64,000 bases of DNA from an uncultured Candidatus Saccharibacteria bacterium (GCA_937898545.1 CALEJV010000003.1:253193-317192), one strand, 5' to 3'. Counted from the stretch's first letter, positions 46,196 through 56,308 are shown. The notes: generated by a model not told the origin, from the sequence alone. Program-made: numbers and translations.

Positions 46196-46873
46196 ATGAC
46201 TCAGCATCAAGGTAACTACATCGTCATTGAGGGGATTGATGGGACGGGAAAATCCACACAAGTGGAACTCCTCGCCAAACATTATCGAGCTCAAGGCCAT
46301 TCAGTGACGGTTGTCGAGGAGCCAAGTAGTGATGACCTAGCCCAAACCACACCAATTGCCCACTATCTCCGCACTGTTATCAAAAATGGCAATCTCCGTC
46401 GCGACCCAGAGATTAATCTCGCACTACTTAGCACTGCACGGCGCGAGCTATGGCAGCAGATTATTCAACCAGCGCTGGAGCGGGGCGAAACTGTCCTAGC
46501 GTCCCGTAATTATTTTTCGACACTCGCATATCAGGGGCATGGCGAAGGCCTGAGTCAAGAACATATTCGGCACATTACCGGCTTATTTACTAGTCAGCGT
46601 TACCTTACGCCAAATCATCTCATCATCCTCACACTCAACGATGAGAAGGAGCGTATGCATAGCATCCAGCAGAGAGGTACGCCTACCACAGCTCCCGACA
46701 CTTTCGAAACACAAGGGAAAGACTTCCAGCAACGCGTCCACACAGGCTATCGTATGCTTGCAAAAGACTACCAGATGCCTATAATCCAGTGCATCAGCGA
46801 TACTGGCGAACGTAAGTCTCCGCACGAGATACAGCGCGAGATCCTTTCGATTGTTAATGCAAATTACAAGTAA
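46196..46873 (+). CDS. tmk: Thymidylate kinase
   Basis: IVIEGIDGTGKSTQ, EP, L..R...STLAYQG.G and D.FE....DFQQRV..GY. Confidence 0.93.
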   Translation: MTQHQGNYIVIEGIDGTGKSTQVELLAKHYRAQGHSVTVVEEPSSDDLAQTTPIAHYLRTVIKNGNLRRDPEINLALLSTARRELWQQIIQPALERGETVLASRNYFSTLAYQGHGEGLSQEHIRHITGLFTSQRYLTPNHLIILTLNDEKERMHSIQQRGTPTTAPDTFETQGKDFQQRVHTGYRMLAKDYQMPIIQCISDTGERKSPHEIQREILSIVNANYK

Positions 46874-47058
46874 AATACCCATGGGGCTATTTTACACAGT
46901 AAAACCTTAGTGGAGATCATCATACACACCTCTACACTTGCATAGCGCAAAACTCTCTGATATCGCGGCATTTACCCACTGTCTATAACAGTATAGACAT
47001 GCTCTTCAGAGGTCAACACTTGTGATTTTTTAATATCTTTGCTACAGTTGTATGCACT

Positions 47059-49182
47059 GTGTCGAATCCAACAAAAGAGCGTAGAGCTAACCCAGTAAAT
47101 AACACCTTAGCGCACGAGACAAATGCGGGCTTTGATAAAGATCGATACGATTTATACGAAAAAGCGCTCAATCTCACTAACACACCAGAGTCTAAAACAA
47201 AGCGAATCGTATCGGGCTTGAGCCTCATGCGAGACTTTGCTGGAGAGCTATTTGCAAAGTACAGCAATCACAGCGCCTATACTGCATACTTATTGTATAC
47301 AGCAGGCAATCGTGATGAACTACTCAAAACGGAGAACCTTGCCAGCCTCCGCCACAAGATGCTCGAAGATCATAAAAAACAGTGGGAAGTAGATGCATAT
47401 AAAAAGTTTAACCAAATTGTTTCGATGCTGCAGGATACCAGTCAGCTGTCAAGCGCCTGGAGTAAATTTCTTAATACACAGAAGATGTCATCTGACCCAG
47501 ACGCTCAGAACAAAGAGTCTCTATACACAGCCATTACGAAAGCTCGAAAGCTCGAAAAATCAAAAGGAAGGATAAAGCCTTCCTCTGCAGAGAGTCAGTA
47601 TCTTACAGATGAACAGAAGCAAAGTCAGCTTCTTGAGACTGCAACACACGACCGCATGCAAGCAGAGAACCTCATGCAAGAGCTGTGGCAGCAGCCAATG
47701 AATATGCTCAATCTTGATGACCTTTTGGATGCAGGGGATAGTGTTGGGCTTTCGACTATTTTTATGGAGGCTGTTAACACGCTCAATAAACTTAACAACA
47801 CTCGCTATGATACATCGGAAGCGTATGAACTAGCCTACAAGAGCGAGGCATTGCTTGCACCACTGTGCGAAATTATTGGCTTTGATGGGCTTGCAATGGC
47901 GCTCCGAAGCAAGGTGATATGCCTCCAACTGCGCAATACCGGCCAAGGGCATTTTGTGGATCTCGCTGAGCGCATCCTGTCGGAGTTTGGTGTGCTGGGT
48001 ACTACCGATACTGACAACCCAGATCACGTCATCACTGCCGAAGAACGCAACCAAAACTATTGCAATATTACAGAAAAAATTCTGGCACACATGATTGGCA
48101 AAACAGACAAAAGCGGAGGCGACAGCAAGCTTGTCCTTGGCCAGGAGTCGAACCACAATATTGTGGTGGGGAACGGCAACTGTAGCTATGAGTGGCATAC
48201 TGAGCTCCGAGCGGTATGGCGGCTCAAGTCTGTTGGCTCTCTCGCGCGTAAGCTTGCAGAAGCAGCAAAAAAAGCAGAGAAACAAAAGAGAGAAGAATAT
48301 CAAAAAATCCGCGCCTCTATCTCACCAGACATACTGCAAGCGTATGATGACAAGATGAATAGTGTAAAAGTTAAAGAGAAAGAACGTCAGGATGGGCGAG
48401 AATTCATACCATACGAAGACTTGCAAGCATATGACGAGAACACGATACAGATTTTGGACGATTTAAAGACTCAATGCATCGACGAACTCTGTGAGCAATT
48501 TAATGATATAACACCACAAACACTGCGCTCATTATCTCCACCAGAAAAAGACAGCTCACTCGAAGTGCCGTTCGATATCGATGGCATCACGTTCATTACA
48601 GAGGATCGCGATGAACTACTTGATGTGTTCTTGGATATGATCAACAATAACGATATTGTTACGCCACCACAAGATAAAGCTACGCAAAATAACAAGACTT
48701 CAACCAACGAGGATGATGACTATACTATTACCCCATATGCTGCACCAGGCCGAGACAAGATACTCAAGGTAGAGGGAGACACTCAATTCATTAAGGATAT
48801 TAAGGCTGCATTTGAAGCTCGTTATCCGGGTACTCGTGCTGAAGAGTATATTGATTTTAAGGAAGACAACAAGAAAGGTTTTCGCGTTGCTAAGATGACA
48901 GGCCTGTACGAGGATCAAGCCTCAGGTATTTTGCCCTTTGAAGTCCAGATTCTCACCAAGGAGGACCGCAAAGCAGCACGCCATGGTGTTGCGGCGCATA
49001 TCTTATATAAACTAGGTAAGCAGCTTGGCTACCAGTTCCAGCCAACAGAAGAGCAGCTCACGCGCATGAGTGAGCTCAACAGGCGTAAGCAGGATTTTGG
49101 CAAAACAACATTGCACCAGCCAAGCCGAAGCCGCATTAACAATACGAACCGCAAAATCGACGCGATGCTTGCCCAAGCATAG
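47059..49182 (+). CDS. Highly divergent RelA/SpoT homologue (RSH)
   Basis: APLCEIIGFDGLA..L (cf. APLA.RLG....K.ELE), RLKS..S...KL, DIDG, and FEVQI.T......A.HGVAAH..YK synthetase signature. Confidence 0.8.
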   Translation: MSNPTKERRANPVNNTLAHETNAGFDKDRYDLYEKALNLTNTPESKTKRIVSGLSLMRDFAGELFAKYSNHSAYTAYLLYTAGNRDELLKTENLASLRHKMLEDHKKQWEVDAYKKFNQIVSMLQDTSQLSSAWSKFLNTQKMSSDPDAQNKESLYTAITKARKLEKSKGRIKPSSAESQYLTDEQKQSQLLETATHDRMQAENLMQELWQQPMNMLNLDDLLDAGDSVGLSTIFMEAVNTLNKLNNTRYDTSEAYELAYKSEALLAPLCEIIGFDGLAMALRSKVICLQLRNTGQGHFVDLAERILSEFGVLGTTDTDNPDHVITAEERNQNYCNITEKILAHMIGKTDKSGGDSKLVLGQESNHNIVVGNGNCSYEWHTELRAVWRLKSVGSLARKLAEAAKKAEKQKREEYQKIRASISPDILQAYDDKMNSVKVKEKERQDGREFIPYEDLQAYDENTIQILDDLKTQCIDELCEQFNDITPQTLRSLSPPEKDSSLEVPFDIDGITFITEDRDELLDVFLDMINNNDIVTPPQDKATQNNKTSTNEDDDYTITPYAAPGRDKILKVEGDTQFIKDIKAAFEARYPGTRAEEYIDFKEDNKKGFRVAKMTGLYEDQASGILPFEVQILTKEDRKAARHGVAAHILYKLGKQLGYQFQPTEEQLTRMSELNRRKQDFGKTTLHQPSRSRINNTNRKIDAMLAQA

Positions 49183-49284
49183 CTACACAGTTAAGCTGCT
49201 TCGTCACTCTGTTTACACGCTGACACAAATAGTTTTCCACGCCTTGCATCCACCTACCATCATCTGCTATAATCTTCTCCAGAC

Positions 49285-49350
49285 ATTGCCAAAGACCGTA
49301 GCGGGCTGTTATGCACGACAAAGCAGCCGATAAGTATGCTACCGAGGGAA
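49285..49350 (+). ncRNA. Ribosomal protein L10 leader (cis-regulatory RNA)
   Basis: AAAGACCGUAG...CUACCGAGG motif downstream of TTGCAT-N18-TATAAT and upstream of rplJ. Confidence 0.75.
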
Positions 49351-49403
49351 TTTCGGATACGCCGTGGCTCTTACGCCAGCGTTTTAGTACGAAACTCGAG
49401 ACT

Positions 49404-49434
49404 CGTCTTTGCAATAGTGCAGAGGCGTTTTTTT
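49404..49434 (+). terminator. Attenuator terminator within the rplJ leader
   Basis: CGTCTTTGCA-ATAG-TGCAGAGGCG stem (with G-U pairs) followed by T7. Confidence 0.75.
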
Positions 49435-49546
49435 GCGGCATATGTCGGACATTAACAATGCGGTCGGATACAACAACAAACCAGTAATACTGCACTCCTT
49501 CTCGGTGTGTATAGGTATTACAACTCCAAAGAAAGGATTTTATCTT

Positions 49547-50074
49547 ATGGCAATTTCCAAAGATAAAAAACAAGCTTTGGTGGCTGAAATGAGCGAGCTT
49601 CTCGCAGAGGCAAAGGGCACTGCCGTTGCGACCTACCAAGGGACAAGTGTGGCAGATCTGCAGGCGTTGCGCCGCGAAGCTCGCGAAGCTGGTGTTGTCA
49701 TTAAGGTGGTGAAGAACCGTCTCGTGCGTGTTGCTTTTGCGCAGCATGACACCTACAAAGATACCGACACTTCGGCCCTGGCTGGGCAATTGCTTTATGC
49801 AATCTCGCCAGATGACGAGGTGATGGCAGCGAAGGTGTTGCACGAGTTTGCTAAGACACATCCAACACTTCAGTTGGTTGCTGGCTTTAGTGGTGAAGGT
49901 GAAGCTCTTAACACAGCCGATGTCACTGCACTGGCTGGCTTGCCAAGCAAGAATCAGCTGGTAGCCGAAGTGGTGGCACAGCTGCTCTCACCAGTACACG
50001 ACACTACCAACGCACTTTCGGGTAACCTTCATGCGTTGCTCGATGGCATCGAAGACGCCAAAGCAGCTGCGTAA
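49547..50074 (+). CDS. rplJ: 50S ribosomal protein L10
   Basis: K...V.E..E.L, Y.G.SV..L..LR, VVKN.L and LP.K.QL.A. SD GAAAGGA before the ATG at 49547. Confidence 0.97.
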   Translation: MAISKDKKQALVAEMSELLAEAKGTAVATYQGTSVADLQALRREAREAGVVIKVVKNRLVRVAFAQHDTYKDTDTSALAGQLLYAISPDDEVMAAKVLHEFAKTHPTLQLVAGFSGEGEALNTADVTALAGLPSKNQLVAEVVAQLLSPVHDTTNALSGNLHALLDGIEDAKAAA

Positions 50075-50161
50075 CCAAGCGCAGCATTGTACTAACGTTT
50101 GCACTAGGCAGACAATAACTCGTGCGATAATTCTACCGCACATTATCGAAAGGAATCCATC

Positions 50162-50536
50162 ATGGCAGATGTGAAAAAACTGGCCGAAGAACTGGTTGCT
50201 TTGACCGTTCTGGAAGTCAACGAACTCAAAAATGTCCTCAAGGACGAATATGGCATTGAGCCAGCCGCTGCTGCAGTTGCTGTCGCTGGTCCAGCCGCCG
50301 ACGCTGGTGCTGCTGAAGACGAGCAGACCGAATTCACCGTCACTCTCAAAGAAGTTGGTGGCCAAAAGGTTGCCGTCATCAAGGCTGTTAAGGAGCTCAC
50401 TGGCCTTGGCCTGGGTGAGGCAAAAGCTTTGGTCGACAACGCACCAAGCCCAATCAAAGAAAAGGTCAGCAAAGACGACGCTGAAGCTGCCAAGAAGACC
50501 TTGGAAGAGGCTGGCGCTACCGTCGAACTGGCGTAA
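50162..50536 (+). CDS. rplL: 50S ribosomal protein L7/L12
   Basis: LTVLE..EL, EQTEF.V.L, KV.VIK.V.ELTGLGL.EAK and EAGATVEL. Confidence 0.99.
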   Translation: MADVKKLAEELVALTVLEVNELKNVLKDEYGIEPAAAAVAVAGPAADAGAAEDEQTEFTVTLKEVGGQKVAVIKAVKELTGLGLGEAKALVDNAPSPIKEKVSKDDAEAAKKTLEEAGATVELA

Positions 50537-50752
50537 TCACCCTACCGACCGCATTGATACCATTAGCACACCCGCTTGGGTGTGTTTTCGGTTAGGGTTC
50601 AGAATGGAATCAGTACGAAAGAGTTAGAACTGAAAACGTAGTGCGAGGTAGCTAAATTTACGAAAATTTGACAAGTCCTCCGTGTATTGATATATATATA
50701 TTAACCTTTTGCGACCGCAAAGGGTTTGCACTTCCGAGGAAGGGAGAATGTC

Positions 50753-51121
50753 ATGAGCGTCATGACTATCGCTACCGTCATTCTAGTAGTTGTCGGTCCA
50801 TTGCCGTGGTATTTTCTGCTAGTCATTGCTAGTAGGGAGTTGCGACTGAAGGCGCTAGATAAAAACAGAGCGATTATACGCCTCTGCCAGGCAGTCTTTT
50901 CTGGCTACATAATTGAGATGGTAGGTCTCATCGCTACTGTGTGCTATAACTTGCATATTAGTATCGCTGGGACGATCTGTTGGTCGATCGTTGGACTACT
51001 GGGAATTACTCTCTCTCATGTAGCAATATTCTGCAACGTTCACATCGACCAGTTGCTCAAGAAAACCGTCTGCAGCTATGATAAGCTCCGCGGTTTCCCG
51101 TCAGAGATTAGTAGCCGATAA
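50753..51121 (+). CDS. Small integral membrane hypothetical protein
   Basis: Three hydrophobic helices, an upstream TTGACA promoter and a GGAG SD. Confidence 0.6.
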   Translation: MSVMTIATVILVVVGPLPWYFLLVIASRELRLKALDKNRAIIRLCQAVFSGYIIEMVGLIATVCYNLHISIAGTICWSIVGLLGITLSHVAIFCNVHIDQLLKKTVCSYDKLRGFPSEISSR

Positions 51122-51252
51122 CGAAAGGAGGTGCCCACGCACGGCAATCTGTTGAGCCCACTGCTCCGGATTGCTGTGCGTCACTCCATGTGCGTAGCGC
51201 TCTAAGCATCGTACCATTTTTACAACGAACTATTGGCTACCCCTGTTATTGC

Positions 51253-51261
51253 TGTGGATAA
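51253..51261. promoter_or_regulatory. DnaA box upstream of the hypothetical-dnaX-dnaB region
   Basis: TGTGGATAA (= TTATCCACA on the minus strand), 12 nt before the TTGACA at 51274. Confidence 0.6.
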
Positions 51262-51346
51262 CCACCAAGCGCCTTGACAAGGCCCCACCCCATCGCTATA
51301 TAATGGGTTGATAACTAAGAAAACAGACAAGGAATTGCGAGAAAAT

Positions 51347-51862
51347 ATGTCTGAATTACCAGAGAAACAGGTGAAGCGATTACGATCGCTGATTCAAGAG
51401 GCAGAAACAAACCTGGCCGCTGCAAAGGAATTATTGATGAGTATTATTGGTGACGATGGCGAAGTTGTCGTACCAAGCAATAGTCGCGAAGAAGTATCAG
51501 GTAAGATAGTCGAAGGAATCTTTGACGGACAGGTGATGGTCGATGCCGACGGTAAGAATTATCCCGTGCCAGCCAATTACGCCAGTAAGTCTAAGCTTGT
51601 TGAGGGCGACAAACTCAAGCTGACAATTGCCGACGATGGCGGCTTTATCTACAAACAAATCAAGCGAGTGGAGCGCAAGCAGATTATCGGCACGCTCACC
51701 CAACACGATGGCGCGTACTACGTGGAAGCACAGGGGAGAGAATACCGAATCCTGCTGGCAAGTGTGACATTCTTCCGGATTGAGATTGGTCATCAGGTCA
51801 CTGTCATCATCCCTGAGGACAAACCCGATGCAACGTGGGCAGCGGTGGAAGCACCGTTATAA
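51347..51862 (+). CDS. Conserved hypothetical protein (N-terminal coiled coil plus beta-rich domains)
   Basis: Coding-like ORF; VEG.FDGQ.M...DGK.YPVP.NYASKSKLVEGD.LKL motif. Confidence 0.8.
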   Translation: MSELPEKQVKRLRSLIQEAETNLAAAKELLMSIIGDDGEVVVPSNSREEVSGKIVEGIFDGQVMVDADGKNYPVPANYASKSKLVEGDKLKLTIADDGGFIYKQIKRVERKQIIGTLTQHDGAYYVEAQGREYRILLASVTFFRIEIGHQVTVIIPEDKPDATWAAVEAPL

Positions 51863-52008
51863 GATTACTGCTATCAACAGCTTATATAACAGGGAACCGG
51901 GAACCCTCTTGCTCGCGCTTGGAGCTTTTTGATTCTATTGATTTATTTGCAATTACTCCTTCTGTATTTCGATCGCATCTCCATCCATTCTGCGGTATAA
52001 TATAGCAA

Positions 52009-53517
52009 ATGAGCAGAGCACTATATCGGACGTATCGGAGTCGGTCGCTTGATGAGATTGTGGGGCAGTCGCATATCACGCGGATTTTGCAGCGGGCAAT
52101 TGCTCGTGGGCGTATTGCTCATGCCTATCTCCTAACAGGGCCACGTGGAGTGGGTAAGACATCGATCGCGCGTATCTTGGCGCACGAGATCAACGGCCTG
52201 CCATACACCGATGAGTCAACTCATCTTGATATTATCGAGATCGATGCAGCGAGCAATAACTCTGTGGAGGATATCCGTGATTTGCGCGATAAGGTGCAAA
52301 TTGCACCAACCAGCAGCCCAAAAAAGATCTACATTATCGATGAGGTTCATATGCTCAGCAAGTCGGCCTTTAATGCCTTGCTCAAGACACTAGAAGAGCC
52401 ACCCGAGCACGTCGTCTTCATTCTTGCGACGACCGACGCCGACAAGCTCCCCGCAACGATCTTGAGCCGAGTACAACGCTTCAATTTTCGAGCAATTAGT
52501 CCGCGTGATGCAGCCAAGCATTTGGCATTTATTGCTAAGCAAGAGAAAATTGCCATTACGCCCGATGCGCTCGAGCTGATTGCCGAGCAAGGGAAGGGAA
52601 GCTTTCGAGATAGCATTAGTTTGCTCGACCAACTGCGCTCACTAAGCGATGAGACAATCGACCGCGCGATGGTCGCAGAGGTGCTGGGCCTTGCGCAGGA
52701 TGAGCTAGTAGAGGGGCTGCTGGCTGCTTATGCTGCGGCAGATATTGGCCGCGCTGCCCAACTGATTGATGAGGCTGAGGCAGCTGGCACACCGGCTGAA
52801 CTTCTTGCCGAGCAGCTGCTTGGTATCGCGCGCCAGCGCGTTGTAGAGGACGCAGCACTGTTGCCATTACTCGATAAACTACTGGCCGTACCGCGAGCCG
52901 GTTGGCCGCGCATTGCGCTGCTTACCGCTCTTGCAAGCCGGGCAGCGCCACCAGTCGCAGCGCCTGCGCCTCACCGTCAGCCATCACCTGTTACCGTCAG
53001 TGAGCCAGTTGCGCCATATACCCACTCACCAGCTGCATCATCATCGCAAGCATCTCCTGCAGCTCCTCCTTCAGACCCTCCTCGTCAGGAGACGGATGGT
53101 ACGGCAGCATCATCGGCTGGTCAGTCTGGTACTCCAAGTGCTTCCGCTACTGATCATACACCAGCCAAGCAACCAAGTGTTTCTGCTGCAAACGATGAAA
53201 CACCCGCAGCAAGCCCAGACCCAGTCGACTTCCCATGGGAGCAATTTCTTGATGCAGTAGGGGCAGTCGGCGCGCGCACGTACCTCACCAAGGCAGGTCA
53301 CGCGTTTGACGGCCAGACGCTAACGATCTACGCTGGCAAAAAATTCGCCAAAATGCAGATCGATCGCGCCCTCCCCACACTCAGCGCAGCACTGCACCGC
53401 CTTGGCATTACTGCAGAGATTGCCATCTTAGCTACCAGTAAGCCGCCCAAAGATCGCCAAAAAGCCGCCATTCTTGCTATGATGGGGGGAGGAGAAGAAA
53501 TTACTATCGATGGCTGA
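52009..53517 (+). CDS. dnaX: DNA polymerase III subunit gamma/tau
   Basis: ALYR.YR, GPRGVGKTS, EIDAASN, IIDEVHMLS..AFNALLKTLEEPP and TI.SR; Pro/Ser/Ala linker. Confidence 0.98.
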   Translation: MSRALYRTYRSRSLDEIVGQSHITRILQRAIARGRIAHAYLLTGPRGVGKTSIARILAHEINGLPYTDESTHLDIIEIDAASNNSVEDIRDLRDKVQIAPTSSPKKIYIIDEVHMLSKSAFNALLKTLEEPPEHVVFILATTDADKLPATILSRVQRFNFRAISPRDAAKHLAFIAKQEKIAITPDALELIAEQGKGSFRDSISLLDQLRSLSDETIDRAMVAEVLGLAQDELVEGLLAAYAAADIGRAAQLIDEAEAAGTPAELLAEQLLGIARQRVVEDAALLPLLDKLLAVPRAGWPRIALLTALASRAAPPVAAPAPHRQPSPVTVSEPVAPYTHSPAASSSQASPAAPPSDPPRQETDGTAASSAGQSGTPSASATDHTPAKQPSVSAANDETPAASPDPVDFPWEQFLDAVGAVGARTYLTKAGHAFDGQTLTIYAGKKFAKMQIDRALPTLSAALHRLGITAEIAILATSKPPKDRQKAAILAMMGGGEEITIDG

Positions 53518-54862
53518 CCAATCACCCCCACCAAAAGGCAAAGTACCACCGCAAAGTCTCGATGCTGAGATGAGTTTGCTTGGTGCGGTACTTATCGACG
53601 AAGAAGTTTTGGCCGATGCTAGCGAGCATGTCGGTGCAGAAGACTTTTATGACAAGCGCCACGCGACGATCTTTGGGGCAATGATGCGCCTCTACGAGCG
53701 GCACAAGCCAGTCGACCTCCTCACACTAACCGACGAACTGCAAAAGAAAGACCAACTTGCCGAGGTAGGTGGCTCCGCCTACCTGACCGAGCTAACCAAC
53801 TACGTCCCCACCGCAGCCCACGCCAGCAGCTATGCTGAGATTGTCGCCCAAAAGGCGGTGCGGCGGCGCCTCATCAAAGCCAGTGCCGATATTAGCCAGC
53901 TTGGCTTTGACGAAAATACCACCACCCAAGAGCTGCTCGAAAAGGCCGAGGCAGAGCTCTTTAGTGTGTCTGACCAGTCACTCAAACAAGACCTCGTGAG
54001 CCTGGAGAGTATTCTCACCGATAGCTTCGACCGCATTGAGGAGCTGCACCGTAACAAAGGACAGCTGCGTGGCATTCGCACGGGCTACCGCGACCTCGAC
54101 ACGATGACGGCTGGCCTGCAGCGCTCCGACCTTATTATCATTGCAGCTCGCCCCGCCATGGGTAAGACGACACTGGTGACGAACCTCGCCTACAATGTCG
54201 CAACGATCGAAAAAAAGCCCGTCCTCTTCTTTTCACTTGAGATGAGTAAGGAGCAGCTCACCGACCGCATGCTGGCCGATGCCAGTGGTGTGGATAGCTG
54301 GAATATCCGCACTGGTAACCTCAGTGATGATGACTGGGCTAAGCTCTCCGAGGCAATGGGTGAGATGGCCGAAGCGCCAATCTTCATCGATGACACGCCA
54401 GGTCTGAGCGTCCTCGAGATGCGTACCAAGGCACGGCGCGCCATGCACGACCAGCAGCTTGGGCTGGTGATCGTCGACTACTTGCAGCTGATGCAGGCCA
54501 ATGGCAATCACAATGGCAATCGCGTCCAAGAGGTGAGCGAGATATCGCGCGGGCTCAAGCTGATTGCCCGCGAGCTCAATGTACCGGTCATTGCCCTAAG
54601 CCAGCTAAGCCGCTCGGTGGAGTCACGCACCCCGCCGGTGCCACAATTGGCCGACCTGCGTGAATCGGGCTCGATCGAGCAAGACGCCGATATTGTCTCC
54701 TTCATCTACCGGCCAGGCTACTACGAGCCAGATAACCCCGAGTTTCAAAACATCACCGACCTCATCATCGCCAAGCACCGCAACGGCCCAGTGGGCAAAA
54801 TCCAACTCTACTTCCACCCTGAGCGGCTGCGCTTCATGAGCCTCGACAAGCGGCATGATTGA
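53510..54862 (+). CDS. dnaB: Replicative DNA helicase
   Basis: PPQS.DAE..LLG, AARPAMGKT, FSLEM, VDYLQL, ALSQLSR, DLRESGSIEQDAD and IAKHRNGP. Confidence 0.99.
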   Translation: MADQSPPPKGKVPPQSLDAEMSLLGAVLIDEEVLADASEHVGAEDFYDKRHATIFGAMMRLYERHKPVDLLTLTDELQKKDQLAEVGGSAYLTELTNYVPTAAHASSYAEIVAQKAVRRRLIKASADISQLGFDENTTTQELLEKAEAELFSVSDQSLKQDLVSLESILTDSFDRIEELHRNKGQLRGIRTGYRDLDTMTAGLQRSDLIIIAARPAMGKTTLVTNLAYNVATIEKKPVLFFSLEMSKEQLTDRMLADASGVDSWNIRTGNLSDDDWAKLSEAMGEMAEAPIFIDDTPGLSVLEMRTKARRAMHDQQLGLVIVDYLQLMQANGNHNGNRVQEVSEISRGLKLIARELNVPVIALSQLSRSVESRTPPVPQLADLRESGSIEQDADIVSFIYRPGYYEPDNPEFQNITDLIIAKHRNGPVGKIQLYFHPERLRFMSLDKRHD

Positions 54863-55051
54863 TGCTATGCTATAGCTATTAAGCATAGGAGAACCACAGC
54901 AATGGTAGCCCGCACGGCATCACCACGCGCGCAACACACCAAAGAACCGTCTTCACCCTCACCGTCCTGCTCACCACTGGTTCGCTGTGCGATGATTTGT
55001 GGAGCACTTGGCCTCCTTGGCACTGCAGGGTGGCTGATATATCTTGGTTGG
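54821..55051 (+). repeat. Direct repeat copy 1 (dnaB tail + promoter/SD + 5' end of membrane gene)
   Basis: Aligns with copy 2 at a 728-bp offset. Confidence 0.9.
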
Positions 55052-55438
55052 ATGTTTGCAGTTTTTCTCTTTACACCGTATTTTTTATTACATACTAGCT
55101 TGATAACTCTTTTCTGGTGGCTTAGTGTTACGCTTATTATCGAAGCAATTGCAATTATTCGCATATACATCAGCCAGGGTAACCAACGCTATCGCGAAGA
55201 GGGATTTTGGCTCGCCTTGGCACTGTTCTTTCCATTACTGATAGTGAGTGAAGCGGTCTATAATGCTCTGTCTGCGCAGCAAATTCATGTGTTTTCGTCA
55301 AGCCCACAGTTGTGTTTCTTCGGTATTATGGTAACTACCCTAAGTGCTGTGTGTATGTGGTATTCGATGGGATACTCAGCACTAATACACAGCAAAGCTG
55401 CGCGAAAAAGACTTCTAGGTTTAGACCTACCACATTAG
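54902..55438 (+). CDS. 4-TM membrane protein A1
   Basis: SD AGGAG; hydrophobic helices; N-terminal ~50 aa nearly identical to A2. Confidence 0.8.
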   Translation: MVARTASPRAQHTKEPSSPSPSCSPLVRCAMICGALGLLGTAGWLIYLGWMFAVFLFTPYFLLHTSLITLFWWLSVTLIIEAIAIIRIYISQGNQRYREEGFWLALALFFPLLIVSEAVYNALSAQQIHVFSSSPQLCFFGIMVTTLSAVCMWYSMGYSALIHSKAARKRLLGLDLPH

Positions 55439-55470
55439 TGATTATTGCATAACATAGTGAGAAGAATACT

Positions 55471-55590
55471 ATGGCAGCTCAGACACAAACCATCCCAGCG
55501 CAAGCAGCCCAGCTAAAACATCCTCCATTGGGGCAGCGCAGAATCATCGAGTACCTACGCTTTATGAGTCTCGACAGACGGCATGATTAA
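55471..55590 (+). pseudogene. 39-aa chimeric remnant: gene-B-like N-terminus fused to a copy of the DnaB C-terminus
   Basis: MAAQTQTIPAQAAQLKHPPLGQRRIIEYLRFMSLDRRHD*. QRRIIE matches the 56309 gene; LRFMSLD.RHD* matches the end of DnaB. Confidence 0.8.
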
Positions 55591-55790
55591 TGCTATGCTA
55601 TAGTTATTACACATAGGAGAACCATTGCAATGACAGGCCACACGACATCACCACGCACACAAACCACTAAAGAACCGTCTTCACCCTCACCATCCTGCCC
55701 ACTACTAGTCCGCTGTGCGATAGTTTGTGGAGCGCTTGGCCTCCTTGGCACTGCTGGGTGGCTCATCTATCTTGGCTGGGCAGTAGCAGT
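55549..55790 (+). repeat. Direct repeat copy 2
   Basis: Aligns with 54821-55051, e.g. the identical block AAAGAACCGTCTTCACCCTCACC. Confidence 0.9.
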
Positions 55791-56172
55791 CTCTGCTATT
55801 GGGCCGTTTGCATTCTTGATTTGGATAGAATACATTGTCGTAGGCTTGTTTTGGATACTCGGGATTGCCCTTATTATTGAGGCAATTGCGCTGATCCATA
55901 CTTACACCCGTCGCTCGGGGCAGCGCTACCACGAGGAAGGGTTTGGGCTCGGCGTTACGCTGCTCTATCCACTGCTCGCAGGTGTCGAGATGGGATACAA
56001 TGCGCTCATACATAGTCAATCACAGCAGAATATCATGGCATTTGCCAATCCTCTAGCGGTACTGATGGGTATTATCATGATCACACTCGGCGCAATATAC
56101 CTGTGGTATCAGTTGGGACAATCGGCATCGATGAGACAAGCGAATAATGACAAGGCTATATCGCTCACATAA
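55630..56172 (+). CDS. 4-TM membrane protein A2 (paralogue of A1)
   Basis: Shares KEPSSPSPSC.LVRCA..CGALGLLGTAGWLIYLGW and QRY.EEGF.L with A1. Confidence 0.8.
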   Translation: MTGHTTSPRTQTTKEPSSPSPSCPLLVRCAIVCGALGLLGTAGWLIYLGWAVAVSAIGPFAFLIWIEYIVVGLFWILGIALIIEAIALIHTYTRRSGQRYHEEGFGLGVTLLYPLLAGVEMGYNALIHSQSQQNIMAFANPLAVLMGIIMITLGAIYLWYQLGQSASMRQANNDKAISLT

Positions 56173-56308
56173 CGCCTCTGTTTGTGGTCTCGCTATGATA
56201 CTACTATCTACATTACGTTTAGTCCTCGAGAGGCAGAGGAAATGTATCCTTTGTGCAACCTTGCTATAATACAATCACAAGCAGCCTAGCGCAATAAAGG
56301 AGGCATCT

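Noticed and set aside
51122-51195. Strong SD (AAAGGAGGTG) plus an 11-bp hairpin suggesting a type I toxin-antitoxin locus
   Set aside because: No start codon or hydrophobic peptide ORF follows the SD.
51347-51862. Calling this ORF a second L7/L12
   Set aside because: The true rplL is at 50162-50536, and this protein lacks L12 motifs.
52940-53230. Programmed -1 frameshift in dnaX producing gamma
   Set aside because: No A-AAA-AAG-type slippery site or long poly-A run was seen in the linker region.
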